Positions 36,483-47,240 are shown, numbered from the stretch's first letter. The stretch: DNA of 64,000 bases from Acidimicrobiia bacterium (GCA_036985855.1 BTQL01000003.1:18967-82966), one strand, 5' to 3'. Notes: generated from the sequence alone by a model not told the origin. Numbers and translations: made by a program.

Positions 36483-37862
36483 CTAGATCGGTTCGAACCT
36501 CGCCGTGAAGTGGCGCAACCACGCTGCCTGCTCGACAATGCGATAACCGCCCAACTCGCCGGCGCGGTTTGCGACGTCGATGACGACCTCGGCGACGTAG
36601 TCGATGTGGCTCTGGGTGTATGTCCTTCGTGGAATCGCCAAGCGCACAAGTTCCATTGCGGCACGTTCGTCCGGCCCACCGTTGGGATCGCGGCGTCCGA
36701 ACATCACGGATCCGATCTCGACCCCGCGAACACCGCCGGCTCGATACAGCTCGATTGCCAGGGATTGGGCCGGGTATTCGTGTGGCGGAACGTGCGGAAG
36801 GAGGGCAGCAGCGTCGAGATATACCGCATGACCTCCTGAAGGCTGGACGATGGGCATTCCACCATCGCTCACGGTTTTCGCGAGGTATGCCGTTGAACGA
36901 ATCCGGTACCGCAGGTAGTTCTCGTCGAGCACCTCGTTGAGTCCGACCGCCAACGCTTCGAGGTCGTAGCCGGCGAGCCCGCCGTAGGTGGGGAATCCCT
37001 CGGTCAAGATGAGGAGGTTGCGAGCGTTCTGCGCCCATTCGGCATCGTTGAGGGCAAGGAATCCGCCGATGTTGCTGAGGCCGTCCTTCTTCGCCGACAT
37101 TGTTGCGCCGTCCACATAGGAGAACATCTCTCGAGCGATCTCGCGAGGGGTCTTGTTCTCGTATCCATCCTCTCGCATCTTGATGAACCAGGCATTCTCG
37201 GCAAAACGGCAGGCATCGAGGAAGAGCGGGATCCCGAATTCGTCGCAGACCTTCCGTGCGGCACGAACGTTCGCCATAGACACCGGTTGGCCGCCACCGG
37301 AGTTGTTCGTCACCGTGATCATCACGAGGGGAACACGATCTGTGCCAACCTCCTCGATCGTGGACCGAAGCCGGTCGATGTCCATGTTTCCCTTGAACGG
37401 GAGGATCGTTGCCGGGTCCGTGCCACCGGGGATGACGATGTCCCTGGCCTCGCCGCCCTGAAACTCCACATTGGCACGGGTAGTGTCGAAGTGCGTGTTG
37501 TTCGGTACGACATCGCCTTCTTCCACGGCCACGCTGAAGAGGATCCTCTCTGCCGCACGGCCCTGGTGGGTTGGAATGACATGGTCGAAACCGGTGATGG
37601 CCTTGACCGTCTCCTCGAAACGGAAGAACGACCGGCTTCCGGCGTATGTTTCGTCGCCTCGCATCATTCCAGCCCATTGATCAGAAGACATTGCTCCGGT
37701 CCCCGAGTCAGTGAGAAGATCGATGATGACCTCGTCGGCGTGGAGTCCGAACAGGTTGTATCCCGCTCTGTCGAGAGCGGCTTCCCTCGTCGCGACATCG
37801 GGCAGGTCGATAGCTTGGACGGTGTGAATCCGGAACGGTTCGATGATGGTCTTGTAGTCCAT
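36483..37862 (-). CDS. tnaA: Tryptophanase
   Basis: IDLLTDSGT, THQGR.AE, HFDTTR, MSAKKD PLP Lys, LRHFTARF (His here, whereas tyrosine phenol-lyase has FF). Confidence 0.92.
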   Translation of the reverse strand: MDYKTIIEPFRIHTVQAIDLPDVATREAALDRAGYNLFGLHADEVIIDLLTDSGTGAMSSDQWAGMMRGDETYAGSRSFFRFEETVKAITGFDHVIPTHQGRAAERILFSVAVEEGDVVPNNTHFDTTRANVEFQGGEARDIVIPGGTDPATILPFKGNMDIDRLRSTIEEVGTDRVPLVMITVTNNSGGGQPVSMANVRAARKVCDEFGIPLFLDACRFAENAWFIKMREDGYENKTPREIAREMFSYVDGATMSAKKDGLSNIGGFLALNDAEWAQNARNLLILTEGFPTYGGLAGYDLEALAVGLNEVLDENYLRYRIRSTAYLAKTVSDGGMPIVQPSGGHAVYLDAAALLPHVPPHEYPAQSLAIELYRAGGVRGVEIGSVMFGRRDPNGGPDERAAMELVRLAIPRRTYTQSHIDYVAEVVIDVANRAGELGGYRIVEQAAWLRHFTARFEPI

Positions 37863-37931
37863 GAGGTGAGAATACAGAGCACAATGGCGTCTGGCTGCGC
37901 CTTGCTCGTTGGAGACCGTATGCCCGGCCGT

Positions 37932-38813
37932 CTACCGTCGATTGGCTAGAGCTGATCGATGTTCGGCCACGCGTAATGCCAGGTCTGGGTAGCTGGGGTC
38001 GATCTCGTAGCGGTAGTCATCCCACCAGCCATCGCGGTTGGGATCGAAGTGGCGTGGTCCGGGAATCGCCTGCAATGCTTTCTCCTTCATCTCCACTTCT
38101 ATCTCGCGGGCACAGTGGAGCACCTCTGTTGCAAAAACCGGATCGAGGATCTCGAGACGAATCGTCTGTCCGAAGTTGAGATTCGACGAATATGGGTGCT
38201 CCCACACCGTTGAGCCGCCGGTCAACACGACGGGGAGGAGCGGGCGTCCGGAGCGTGCCGAGAGGTGGAACACGCCTTGGTGGAAGGCAGTCTCGATCCC
38301 GAGAATCGATCCCTGGGGAAAGACGACGTAGCTCTCGCCTCTGGCGAACGTTTGTTCCGCTGCACGGATCATCGACCGATATGCAGTAGCCCCGTCGTTG
38401 ATCGATACAGGACTGTGCCCCGACGCCGTCAGGTAGCGGCCGAGCAGACGCCACTCGAACAGTTCCTCAGCTGCTGAGAACGATAGATCGAGCGGAAGCC
38501 GACCGAGAGCCAGAACGTCTGCGAATCCTTCATGCAACGGTGCAACCACGTACTGTTCTGATGGATCGATCCGATGCATGCCGTGGGTCTCGATCGTCAG
38601 ATCGGCCGCCCGAGCGGCACGCGTGGTCCATTCCCTCTCGGCTTCGTGGAGTCGCGCCCGGTCGCCAGAATTCGCTGCTCGTATCAGGCGTTCGTACCCT
38701 GGGCCAAAAAGCAATGCCCCGCGGAGCAGTGAACGAAGCTGAAGTCTCCGAGAGACAACGGTCGCCTTGCCGCCGGGAAGGCGATAGCGGTTGATCGCTG
38801 AGTCTCTTGGCAT
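37932..38813 (-). CDS. PlsC-family lysophospholipid acyltransferase
   Basis: PLHEGFAD (HX4D), VFPQG, F..G.F.L...PLLPVVL.G. Confidence 0.8.
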   Translation of the reverse strand: MPRDSAINRYRLPGGKATVVSRRLQLRSLLRGALLFGPGYERLIRAANSGDRARLHEAEREWTTRAARAADLTIETHGMHRIDPSEQYVVAPLHEGFADVLALGRLPLDLSFSAAEELFEWRLLGRYLTASGHSPVSINDGATAYRSMIRAAEQTFARGESYVVFPQGSILGIETAFHQGVFHLSARSGRPLLPVVLTGGSTVWEHPYSSNLNFGQTIRLEILDPVFATEVLHCAREIEVEMKEKALQAIPGPRHFDPNRDGWWDDYRYEIDPSYPDLALRVAEHRSALANRR

Positions 38814-38852
38814 CACCAATGCAACCCACTTCGAGCGTGTTCCGTTCCCTGG

Positions 38853-40643
38853 TTAGGGAGAGGTCGTTGTCGTTGTCGTTGATGTTGTAGTCGATGTCGA
38901 TGTTGTCGTTGTTGATGTGGAGGTGGTCGAGGTCGAGGTGGTCGAGGTCGACGTGGAACTGGACGTTGACGTCGTGGGCTCTGGAGCATGTGTGGTCGTG
39001 GTGGTGTCCGGATCAGGTTTCGGTTTCTTGTAGTTCCAGGTCCACTGCTGAGTTGTCACCGAACCGTCCGGATGGGCCATCACTCGCGTGACCGTGTTGC
39101 CGACACGTTCAGCGGTACACGTGCGACCGCCGTTGTTTCCGAAGAAGGTGACTGTTATCGACGTTGGTGTGTACGTCGTATCGATGTAGACGATCGCATC
39201 TGAGTCGTTCCGAAATATGACGTCGGGAAGCGGGAAACCGAGAGTGGCTTCGCGCACAAACGGGTAGCGACTGAAGTAGAGGCTGTGAGGCTGGTGCAAG
39301 ACATCTTCGTAACATCCAAAGAACACGGCGTTGTAGAACGTTGTTGCGAACTGGCTCGTTCCGCCGCCGATATTGATCTTGCTGTCGCAGCATTGGATCC
39401 GGCCATTGATGATCGCACCGGCGCGTACATATCCACCGGCCGAGGTCCGCTCGCCGGCAGTGTCGTTGATCGAGAAGGTCTCTCCGGGCATGACGATCGA
39501 ACCGCCGACCGCGTCTGCGAGGAGTTGGATGTTCGTGACTCTGCTCCGGCAGCATGGGTGATTGGTGGTGAAGCTCGAAACTTCACCAAGTGGGCCCATG
39601 GCCTCTGCCATCTCCGTTGTGAACACTGCCTGTTCCCCGTCTGTCATCGGAATGGTTCCTTGGCCACTCCCCTCAGCCGCGGCGGATACGATCTCCGGGA
39701 TGCGTGCCAGGTCCACCTTCTGGCCGATGACAGACGGAACGACGGACAGCTCGCGGGTCTCTTCATCGAAAGTGAAGGTCGCGTCGATGGGTGGAACAGT
39801 GAAGCTCTCAGCGGATCGCGCGGCTATTTCGCGCAACGTATCGTCATCGAGGGTGATCTGAAGGACCGCGGGCGAATGATTCACGATCTCACTCCTGAGG
39901 GCGTTCGCCAGGCCGGTCGGTGTGAACACGATGGTTCCTGGTTGGTTCGGTGCAGCGAGAATGACGGCCGAATCGATGAGTCTGGATGCTTTGGCGACAG
40001 CCGCGTTCACGTCGGCGTTGGTGATCTCAGGGTCGAGCGGTACCAGGGGCAATACTATCGGCACACGGTCGATCCTCGAGAGCTGCTCACGAAGGAGAGG
40101 GATCGACGCTTCTACGTCGATGCGAAGGCCAGCTTGGGGATACTCCGGTACCACGGTTCCATTGGAGATTCTCACTGTGCCTTCGAATGCGGGCGTGTCG
40201 AGCACGCTTCTGGTCCAGTTGTCGAGGATACCGGCGATTGCCTGCTCGTCGATCGTGGTGGGAACGTCAACTTCGATGGTTGAGGTGAACGTCCCTGCCC
40301 AGAGCCTGAGGTTCGAGAAGAAACCAGTGGATCTCCTGGTTGTCATGGCATCGGTTGCAACCGCTTCCTCGTCGATTTCGAATCCGACATCTTCGGGGTT
40401 GAGAGTCAGCTCGTTACCTTCTACGACCACAGTGAGCGGTCTTGAGACAAGGCTCGCCTCATAGGAGGCGAGCAACCCGGTGGCGTCGCTGTACGTGAGG
40501 CGGGAGAGATTCATCTCCGCGGCGGTCACGCCCCGGCTGACTCGCTCAGCACCGATCATCTCGTCGCTGGCATACCCGGTTGCGACGAACGCGACCGCAA
40601 GCAGCGGGATCGTGACTGCTGTCGCGATGATGTAGCGGCGCAT
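38853..40643 (-). CDS. VanW-family protein with peptidoglycan-binding (PG_binding_4-like) region and Thr/Ser-rich tail
   Basis: N-terminal anchor, R.TNI.L, PGETFSIN, GGG.SQFATT.YNA, HSLYFSRYP..REAT, D..F.N; poly-Thr C-terminus. Confidence 0.88.
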   Translation of the reverse strand: MRRYIIATAVTIPLLAVAFVATGYASDEMIGAERVSRGVTAAEMNLSRLTYSDATGLLASYEASLVSRPLTVVVEGNELTLNPEDVGFEIDEEAVATDAMTTRRSTGFFSNLRLWAGTFTSTIEVDVPTTIDEQAIAGILDNWTRSVLDTPAFEGTVRISNGTVVPEYPQAGLRIDVEASIPLLREQLSRIDRVPIVLPLVPLDPEITNADVNAAVAKASRLIDSAVILAAPNQPGTIVFTPTGLANALRSEIVNHSPAVLQITLDDDTLREIAARSAESFTVPPIDATFTFDEETRELSVVPSVIGQKVDLARIPEIVSAAAEGSGQGTIPMTDGEQAVFTTEMAEAMGPLGEVSSFTTNHPCCRSRVTNIQLLADAVGGSIVMPGETFSINDTAGERTSAGGYVRAGAIINGRIQCCDSKINIGGGTSQFATTFYNAVFFGCYEDVLHQPHSLYFSRYPFVREATLGFPLPDVIFRNDSDAIVYIDTTYTPTSITVTFFGNNGGRTCTAERVGNTVTRVMAHPDGSVTTQQWTWNYKKPKPDPDTTTTTHAPEPTTSTSSSTSTSTTSTSTTSTSTTTTSTSTTTSTTTTTTSP

Positions 40644-40721
40644 GATCCTCCCTGGCACCGGTAGGACAGGGATTGTATGCCATGTGCGCCGAAAGTAGGG
40701 CTTTCGGCGCTTGTCGGTTCC

Positions 40722-41039
40722 CTACAGGCGTTTTTCCGTTGTCATCAGTTCCCAGAATTCGATTTCTGATTCGATCGCGACCTCTCTCAGCTGGCTGGTT
40801 ATGTCGCCGAGACCGTCGACGGTTGTTCGGTCGTCGCGATATGGAGTCCGTAAGGTGTCATCGGTCCACTCCATGACAACCTGGTTGCGTTGTCCTGGTG
40901 TGGTCCCGCTGTTGAAGTAGACCCTGCTTTCTGAACGGACCCCAGCTTCCTGGTAGGCGTGGCCGATGGCATCGATCAACGAAGCAGCTTTGCGGGCTTC
41001 TCCTGGCTTTACGGTGTAGATACGGCGGATGAGATACAC
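40722..41039 (-). CDS. NIPSNAP-like dimeric alpha+beta barrel protein
   Basis: YLIRRIYTVKPG, N.VVMEW, EFWE; SD GAAGGA. Confidence 0.7.
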   Translation of the reverse strand: MYLIRRIYTVKPGEARKAASLIDAIGHAYQEAGVRSESRVYFNSGTTPGQRNQVVMEWTDDTLRTPYRDDRTTVDGLGDITSQLREVAIESEIEFWELMTTEKRL

Positions 41040-41099
41040 GGTGTTCCTTCGTGGTTGGAGACGGCTCGACGGTAGCCGCGTTCGCGGAACTGGTTGACG

Positions 41100-42362
41100 T
41101 CAGACAACTGGACGCATCCCTCGCGACTTCACAGCCCTGGTTCTGCTCGCGAGTGCTTCGATCATCGACAACACTCGATCGACTTCAGCCATGGTGTTGT
41201 AGTGGGCGAATCCGATCCGAACGAGGCCCCGGTCGGCGCGATTGAGTCGATGCATGACTTCATAGGCGTAGTAGTCCCCAGACCAAACGAAACAACCCTG
41301 ATCTCCGAGGCGCCTGGCGGTGTCCTCTGGTGAGATCCCATCAATGTCGATCGCGAAGGTTGGCGTTCGACTCATCGCTGTCTTGCGACCGAAGAGGGCC
41401 ACGCCCGGCATCGCCTCGATTCCGAAGAGAAAGCGCTCGGCGAGCATCTCCTCGTGAACACGGATCGCTCCGTACGCCGAGATGATCTGGTCTCTGCGGG
41501 TTGCCCCGTTGCCCAGTGACGCGATGTAGTCGACTGCGGCCGTCACACCGGCGAGAGACTCGAACGATTGGGTGCCGGTCTCCCATCGGTCCGGCGATTG
41601 ATCCGGTGCCGGTCGGAGTTTGTACGGATCGATTTCGGAGAGGAGATCTCCCGTGCCGAACAGGCATCCCGTGTGAGGGCCGAACCACTTGTACGCCGAG
41701 GCAACGAGGAAGTCGGTGTTCGTGGATGTGACATCGATGGGGCGATGGGGTGCATAGTGCACGGCGTCGAGATAGGTCCTCGCTCCGACCTGGTGCGCCC
41801 GCTCCACGATGTCGGCGGCGGGCGTGATCGTGCCGACGGCATTTGAGGCGTTGGTGAACGCAACGAGCCGAGTCCGCTCATCGAGCGCTTCGTCCAAGGA
41901 CGCAAGGTCGAGGTCACATCCGCTCTGTGGATCGAAGTCCACGAATCGCACCGCTGCACCCACGCCGTCGGCCGCTTGCATCCACGGGGAGACGTTCGCG
42001 TCGTGATCGAGTCGCGTGAGCACGATGTTGTCACCGGCATTCCATGTCCGGGACAACGCTCTTGAGAGCGAATAGGTCAGCGACGTCATGTTCTGTCCGA
42101 AAACGATCTCATCGCTCCGCGAGCCGAATAGGTCGGCTACTGCTTCCCTGGCTCCTCGGACGACTGCGTCCGTCTCGCGCGACGTCGCGAATGGACCGTG
42201 TAGGTTGCTTCCGCCTCGAGTCATGAATCCCGCCATGGCTTCGATCACCGACTTGTGGGCCTGGGTCCCGCCTGGTCCGTCGAGATAGGCGACCTGTTCG
42301 CCGCCCAGTGTGCGACTGAGCGCAGGGAATCCGGCGCGTACACTTTCTGTATCGATCGTCAT
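41100..42362 (-). CDS. Cysteine desulfurase-like protein (class V aminotransferase, VC1184-type)
   Basis: YLDGPGGTQ, LDHDAN, ASNAVGT, DAVHYAPH, SAYKWFGPH, WETGT, VWSGDYYA. Confidence 0.9.
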   Translation of the reverse strand: MTIDTESVRAGFPALSRTLGGEQVAYLDGPGGTQAHKSVIEAMAGFMTRGGSNLHGPFATSRETDAVVRGAREAVADLFGSRSDEIVFGQNMTSLTYSLSRALSRTWNAGDNIVLTRLDHDANVSPWMQAADGVGAAVRFVDFDPQSGCDLDLASLDEALDERTRLVAFTNASNAVGTITPAADIVERAHQVGARTYLDAVHYAPHRPIDVTSTNTDFLVASAYKWFGPHTGCLFGTGDLLSEIDPYKLRPAPDQSPDRWETGTQSFESLAGVTAAVDYIASLGNGATRRDQIISAYGAIRVHEEMLAERFLFGIEAMPGVALFGRKTAMSRTPTFAIDIDGISPEDTARRLGDQGCFVWSGDYYAYEVMHRLNRADRGLVRIGFAHYNTMAEVDRVLSMIEALASRTRAVKSRGMRPVV

Positions 42363-42520
42363 GGGGAAGACGGTAGACGGCGAATGGGCCGCGAGCATCG
42401 ATGAAGAGCCTGTGATTGCTTCAGTCAGCCCCTGACTCGTGGTGTATGCCCGTGATCTCACAGTCGGTTGCGCAACTAGGCTTCGGACAAGAAACGCAAA
42501 AGTTATCCTGGAGGCGAATT

Positions 42521-45500
42521 GTGTCGAGGGAGCATCCCAAGTATCCGGGCATCCGCATCACGACGAACGGCAATCAGCTCGTGTCGTATCACACGGAAGC
42601 CCGGATAACCCAAGGTGGAGTCTTCTACCCGATAACCCCCTCAACCGAGATGGGTGAGAACTACCAACTCTCCTACGCCGAAGGGGTGCTCGACGTATTC
42701 GGCAACTCGAAGATCGCGATCGAAACCGAAGGAGAGCACGCAGCCCAAGGTGGGGCAATCGCTCTCTCGCTCACAGGGCATCGTGTCGTCAACTTCACGT
42801 CCGGCCAGGGTGTTGTTTACGGGCTCGAGCAGTACTACCACGCCCCTGGGAAACTCTCGACCATGGTGCTCGAGGTTGCCGCCCGTGCGCTGACAAAACA
42901 CGCTCTCAACGTTCACTGCGGACACGACGACGTGTACGCCGCACTCGACGCCGGTTGGATCGTATTGTTCGCCAAGGACAGCCAGCAGGCAGCGGATCAG
43001 GCGCTCATCGCCCGCAAGGTCGCCGAGCTTGCACTCAACCCCGCGATCAACGTGCAGGATGGTTTCCTGACCTCGCATCTCGAGCGAACGTTCCTCAAGC
43101 ATGAGTCGGGACTGCTGAGGGAGTTTCTCGGTGCTCACGACGAGATGATCGATACACCGACAGCCGCCCAGCGCGAACTCTTCGGTCCCACTCGGCGACG
43201 CGTTCCCGCGATGATGGACCTCAAGAATCCAATGCTGCTTGGTCCCGTTGAGAACCAAGAGCACTATATGAACGGCGTCATTGCACGCCGAAACAACTTC
43301 ACAGAAGAGATACTGCCGATGCTCGAGGCGGCGTACGAGGAGTTTGCCAATCTCACCGGTCGGTCTTACGGACTTGTCAGCGAATACAAGAACGACGACG
43401 CGGAGATCACGTTTGTCTCACTCGGGTCAGCCGCCGAGAACATCGAGGCTGGTGTCGATTTCCTGCGCGAGCACGACGACGCCAAGGTCGGTTCTGTCCA
43501 CGTGAATGTCCTCAGACCATTCCCGGAAGCTGCCCTCGTCAAGGCCCTCGCAGGCAAGAAGAAGATCATCGTCCTCGAACGCGTGGATGAGGGGCTCTCT
43601 GGAGACAATCAGATGACGCGTGAGATCAGGGCAGTCATGGCGAAGGCATATGAGATCCACAGTCTCGGGTATCCCTCCGACATCGATGGTGTCAGCTACG
43701 AGGACATACCTGAGGTGCTCTCAGGTTCGTACGGTCTTGGTTCGAGGGATTTCCGCCCCGAGGCGATCATTGGAGCCTACGAGTACGCAATGGGAGAGAT
43801 CGCACGCCAGGATGGCAAGACCATTGATGATGGTGCGACCTACTTCACCCTTGGGATTGATCACCCGTATGCCGTGATCGCAGAGCGTACGCCGTCGCTC
43901 CTCCCCGAAGGATCGATCGCCGTTCGTTTCCACTCGATCGGTGGCTGGGGAATGATCACGACGGGTAAAAACCTCTCCGAGGTGATCGGGGCGATAGGTG
44001 ACGATCTTTCGAAAGCCCAGCACGAGGTAGACGAGCTCGGCTTGCCGAAGGAGATCATTCACGTATCCGCGAACCCGAAGTACGGCTCTGAGAAGAAGGG
44101 TGCCCCCACCCAATACTTCCTGGTCGCGGCGCCCGACCGGATCCGTGTCAACTGTGATTTGCACCACGTCGATGTGGTGCTGTGTCCGGACCCGAAGATC
44201 TTTACCCATGCCAACCCGTTGCTGGGCATCAACCCAGGAGGAACGTTCGTGTGGGAGTCAGAGGAAGACCCCGAAACTGTCTGGCAGCGAATTCCCCGCG
44301 AGCACCGCCAGGAAGTCATTGACAAGGGCATCCGCATCGTCACGGTGCCCGGCTTCAAGATCGCCCGTGAAGCCACCGAAAGGCCGGATCTCCAGCTCCG
44401 AATGCAGGGCAACGCTTTCCTCGGTGCCTTCTTCGGGGTATCGGGCATGCTCGATGAATACGATGTCACCAAAGAGCGATATAGCGAGATCGTCGAAGCT
44501 CAGTACGACAAGAAGTTCGGCCGGTTCGGCGAGGCAGTTGTGGCTTCGAACATGCGTGTCATGCAGCAGGGACATGATCTCATTACTGAGATCCCCCATG
44601 GCGAAGTTGATGCACCTGATCGTTCGAGTATGCGACTCCCCGCGCTCGAGACATGCGGCACATGTTCGGTAGATATTCCCCTTGCCGAACCTTCGGTACA
44701 ACAGGAGATTCGGATTCCGCTCACCAAGCTCTCGACCTTCAATCTGGAATTCAAGGCAGGACTCGGATATGACCAGCCTGCAACGCCGCTCGCATCAGTA
44801 TCTATGATGGCGGCTGGATCGGGTCGCGGCTCGTCCAAGTACGTGTCGAGACGTGAAACGCCGGTCTGGATCGCAGAGAACTGCACCGGCTGTATGGACT
44901 GCATCATTGCATGCCCCGACACGGCGCTCCCCAACGTGGCTCAAGACATCGATGTCGTGCTTGCTACTGCTGCGAGGGGCTACATCCTCGATGAGGTTCA
45001 GCGTGCAGCGATGCTCGCTGAGCTCCCCGCGCTCGAAGAGCGTCTTCGGGCGAGAATGCTCACCACGGTGGGTGCGAAGGAGAAGCTGCCGTTCAACGAC
45101 ATCATGCGCACCGAGCTCGATGAGATAGGTTCGGTATCTGAGACGGCCAAGGCGGAGTTCATGGAACTCTTCGACCGGGTTCCGTTTGCGTACACAAAGA
45201 CATCACATCTCTTCCGATCCATAGAGCGTACCGAACCTGGTGCAGGTGGTCTGTTCGCGATCATGGTTGCCGACACCTGCAAGGGGTGTGCAGAGTGTGT
45301 GCTCGAATGCCCGTATGAGGCCCTCGAGATGGAGGCCGAGACTCCAGCGATCAACGCCGACCACGTTTCAGGCACGAACTTTCTCGACCTCCTACCGGAC
45401 ACGCCCAGCAAGTACCTCGGCAGGTTCGATCCGGATGACCCGATCGAGTCGTCGGCAGCACATCTCAAGAACCATCTCATGGTGAGGACGAATTACGAGG

Positions 45501-47167
45501 CGCTCGTCAGCGGTGATGGGGCGTGTGCCGGCTGCGGTGAAAAGAGCGTGCTGAGAGCCGTTGCATCGCTGACGGAGGCGTACATGCGCCCTCTGTACCA
45601 CGCCAAGGCCGACCGACTCGACGCCAAGGCTCTCGATATCGAGGAGCATGGCCTCAAGATGCTTGGTGAAGTCAAGGCCCTGGACGAGGTGGGGTACGAG
45701 CGGCTTCGCTTGCTGGTTTCTCACTCCTTGCTTGGACTCGGCGGCGAGACACTTGAGGACACCGAGGCGCGTATCGACGCATACGGTTACGTGACCGACC
45801 AGGACATCGTCGATGCGCTTGTAGTGACGATGCGCCAGGATGCATTCAACCACCGGGATCTCCAGGCACTCGATGGCACGGTACCCAACGGCATGTCTGT
45901 CATGGCCATGGGTGCCCACACGGGCTGCAACACGGTGTACGGCTCAACACCTCCCAACAACCCCCATCCTTATCCGTGGATGAACTCGCTGTTCCAGGAC
46001 GGCGCAACGGTGACCTGGTTGCTCGGAGAGAGTTTCATCCAAGATCATGCTCGTCGCTCTGTTATCCCCGAGCGGATCGCAGATATGATGATGCTCGGTG
46101 TCGGTATCTCCGATGAAGACTATTTCGAGATGACCCACATGACCGACTCCCAGATGACCCCCTCCGAGATCAGGGAACTCCCGAAGGCATGGGCGATCGG
46201 TGGTGACGGCGGCATGGGCGATATCGGATATCAGAACGTATCGAAGGTCGTGCTCCAGAACCGTCCGAACGTGAAGCTCCTGATGCTTGATACCCAGGTG
46301 TACTCGAACACGGGGGGACAGAACTCCGATTCGACCCCGATGCCGGGGGGCGGCGACATGAACCAGTTCGGCGCAGCTTCCGAAGGGAAGTTGACGGAGA
46401 AGAAGGGTGTCGCGGAGACGTTCATCTCAGGGCACGGTTCGCCATTCGTTGCCCAGGTTTCGCTCGCGAATGCGGCACAGTTCTACAAGGCGATCGTAGA
46501 CGCCCTTGACTATCGCGGCACAGCGTTCATTCAGAGCTATACGTCGTGTCAACCGGAGCACGGCATTGCGGACGACGTGTCATCCCAACAGGCTGGACTT
46601 GTTCGCGACGCTCGCTCGATACCGCAGTTCGTGTTCAACCCGCAGAGAGGAGAGACGTATCAGGAAGCTCTTGATATCTCGGGAAACCCGAACCGTGACA
46701 GGGACTGGGCCCAGATCACATCGAAGCTGACGGATCGAACGTTCCAGTACACGGTTGCGCATTTCGCAAACACCGAGGCGAGGTTCCGTCGCCACCTGAG
46801 ACCTGCGAAGGACACGTCCTCGATGGTCCATCTCGATGACATGCTGTTGCTCATCACCCAGGACGACGTGGTGCAGCGCTACGTGCTCGACCCGACGCAC
46901 CGTTCATACGTCGAGGACTTCAGCATTTTTATCGAGGTCGAGGACACGTCGGGAAACGTCAAGCCGCTGGCGATTTCTCGCCAACTTGTGCTGTTTGCGG
47001 TCGAACGCCGCAAGTCCTGGCGCATGTTGCAGTCCAAGGCAGGTGTCGAGAACCTCGACTACCTCGCGCAGAAGGAAGCTCTTACGTCCTTCGACGAGGA
47101 CGGTGTTGCGATGGTGGACAGATTTGTAGAGATCCGGAAGCGTTTCGACGAGGCCCAGTCGGTATAG
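42521..47167 (+). CDS. Single-chain pyruvate:ferredoxin (2-oxoacid:acceptor) oxidoreductase, NifJ-like
   Basis: YPITPS, FTSGQG, CTGCMDC..CP and CKGCAEC..CP [4Fe-4S] motifs, ACAGCGE, GGDG TPP site, DTQVYSNTGGQ; SD GGAGG before GTG 42521. Confidence 0.93.
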   Translation: MSREHPKYPGIRITTNGNQLVSYHTEARITQGGVFYPITPSTEMGENYQLSYAEGVLDVFGNSKIAIETEGEHAAQGGAIALSLTGHRVVNFTSGQGVVYGLEQYYHAPGKLSTMVLEVAARALTKHALNVHCGHDDVYAALDAGWIVLFAKDSQQAADQALIARKVAELALNPAINVQDGFLTSHLERTFLKHESGLLREFLGAHDEMIDTPTAAQRELFGPTRRRVPAMMDLKNPMLLGPVENQEHYMNGVIARRNNFTEEILPMLEAAYEEFANLTGRSYGLVSEYKNDDAEITFVSLGSAAENIEAGVDFLREHDDAKVGSVHVNVLRPFPEAALVKALAGKKKIIVLERVDEGLSGDNQMTREIRAVMAKAYEIHSLGYPSDIDGVSYEDIPEVLSGSYGLGSRDFRPEAIIGAYEYAMGEIARQDGKTIDDGATYFTLGIDHPYAVIAERTPSLLPEGSIAVRFHSIGGWGMITTGKNLSEVIGAIGDDLSKAQHEVDELGLPKEIIHVSANPKYGSEKKGAPTQYFLVAAPDRIRVNCDLHHVDVVLCPDPKIFTHANPLLGINPGGTFVWESEEDPETVWQRIPREHRQEVIDKGIRIVTVPGFKIAREATERPDLQLRMQGNAFLGAFFGVSGMLDEYDVTKERYSEIVEAQYDKKFGRFGEAVVASNMRVMQQGHDLITEIPHGEVDAPDRSSMRLPALETCGTCSVDIPLAEPSVQQEIRIPLTKLSTFNLEFKAGLGYDQPATPLASVSMMAAGSGRGSSKYVSRRETPVWIAENCTGCMDCIIACPDTALPNVAQDIDVVLATAARGYILDEVQRAAMLAELPALEERLRARMLTTVGAKEKLPFNDIMRTELDEIGSVSETAKAEFMELFDRVPFAYTKTSHLFRSIERTEPGAGGLFAIMVADTCKGCAECVLECPYEALEMEAETPAINADHVSGTNFLDLLPDTPSKYLGRFDPDDPIESSAAHLKNHLMVRTNYEALVSGDGACAGCGEKSVLRAVASLTEAYMRPLYHAKADRLDAKALDIEEHGLKMLGEVKALDEVGYERLRLLVSHSLLGLGGETLEDTEARIDAYGYVTDQDIVDALVVTMRQDAFNHRDLQALDGTVPNGMSVMAMGAHTGCNTVYGSTPPNNPHPYPWMNSLFQDGATVTWLLGESFIQDHARRSVIPERIADMMMLGVGISDEDYFEMTHMTDSQMTPSEIRELPKAWAIGGDGGMGDIGYQNVSKVVLQNRPNVKLLMLDTQVYSNTGGQNSDSTPMPGGGDMNQFGAASEGKLTEKKGVAETFISGHGSPFVAQVSLANAAQFYKAIVDALDYRGTAFIQSYTSCQPEHGIADDVSSQQAGLVRDARSIPQFVFNPQRGETYQEALDISGNPNRDRDWAQITSKLTDRTFQYTVAHFANTEARFRRHLRPAKDTSSMVHLDDMLLLITQDDVVQRYVLDPTHRSYVEDFSIFIEVEDTSGNVKPLAISRQLVLFAVERRKSWRMLQSKAGVENLDYLAQKEALTSFDEDGVAMVDRFVEIRKRFDEAQSV

Positions 47168-47240
47168 ATACAAGCCCGTAATAGTTGAGACGCAGGGCTG
47201 AGCAGTCCCGTTCGCCGACGCCCGCGTGGTGGTCGTGGCG

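Noticed and set aside
36483-37862. Tyrosine phenol-lyase assignment
   Set aside because: The HFDTTR and LRHFTA residues favour tryptophanase.
38860-39010. GTC/GTT/GTG low-complexity repeat
   Set aside because: It encodes the Thr/Ser-rich tail of the VanW protein; there are no spacers, so it is not a CRISPR array or a separate element.
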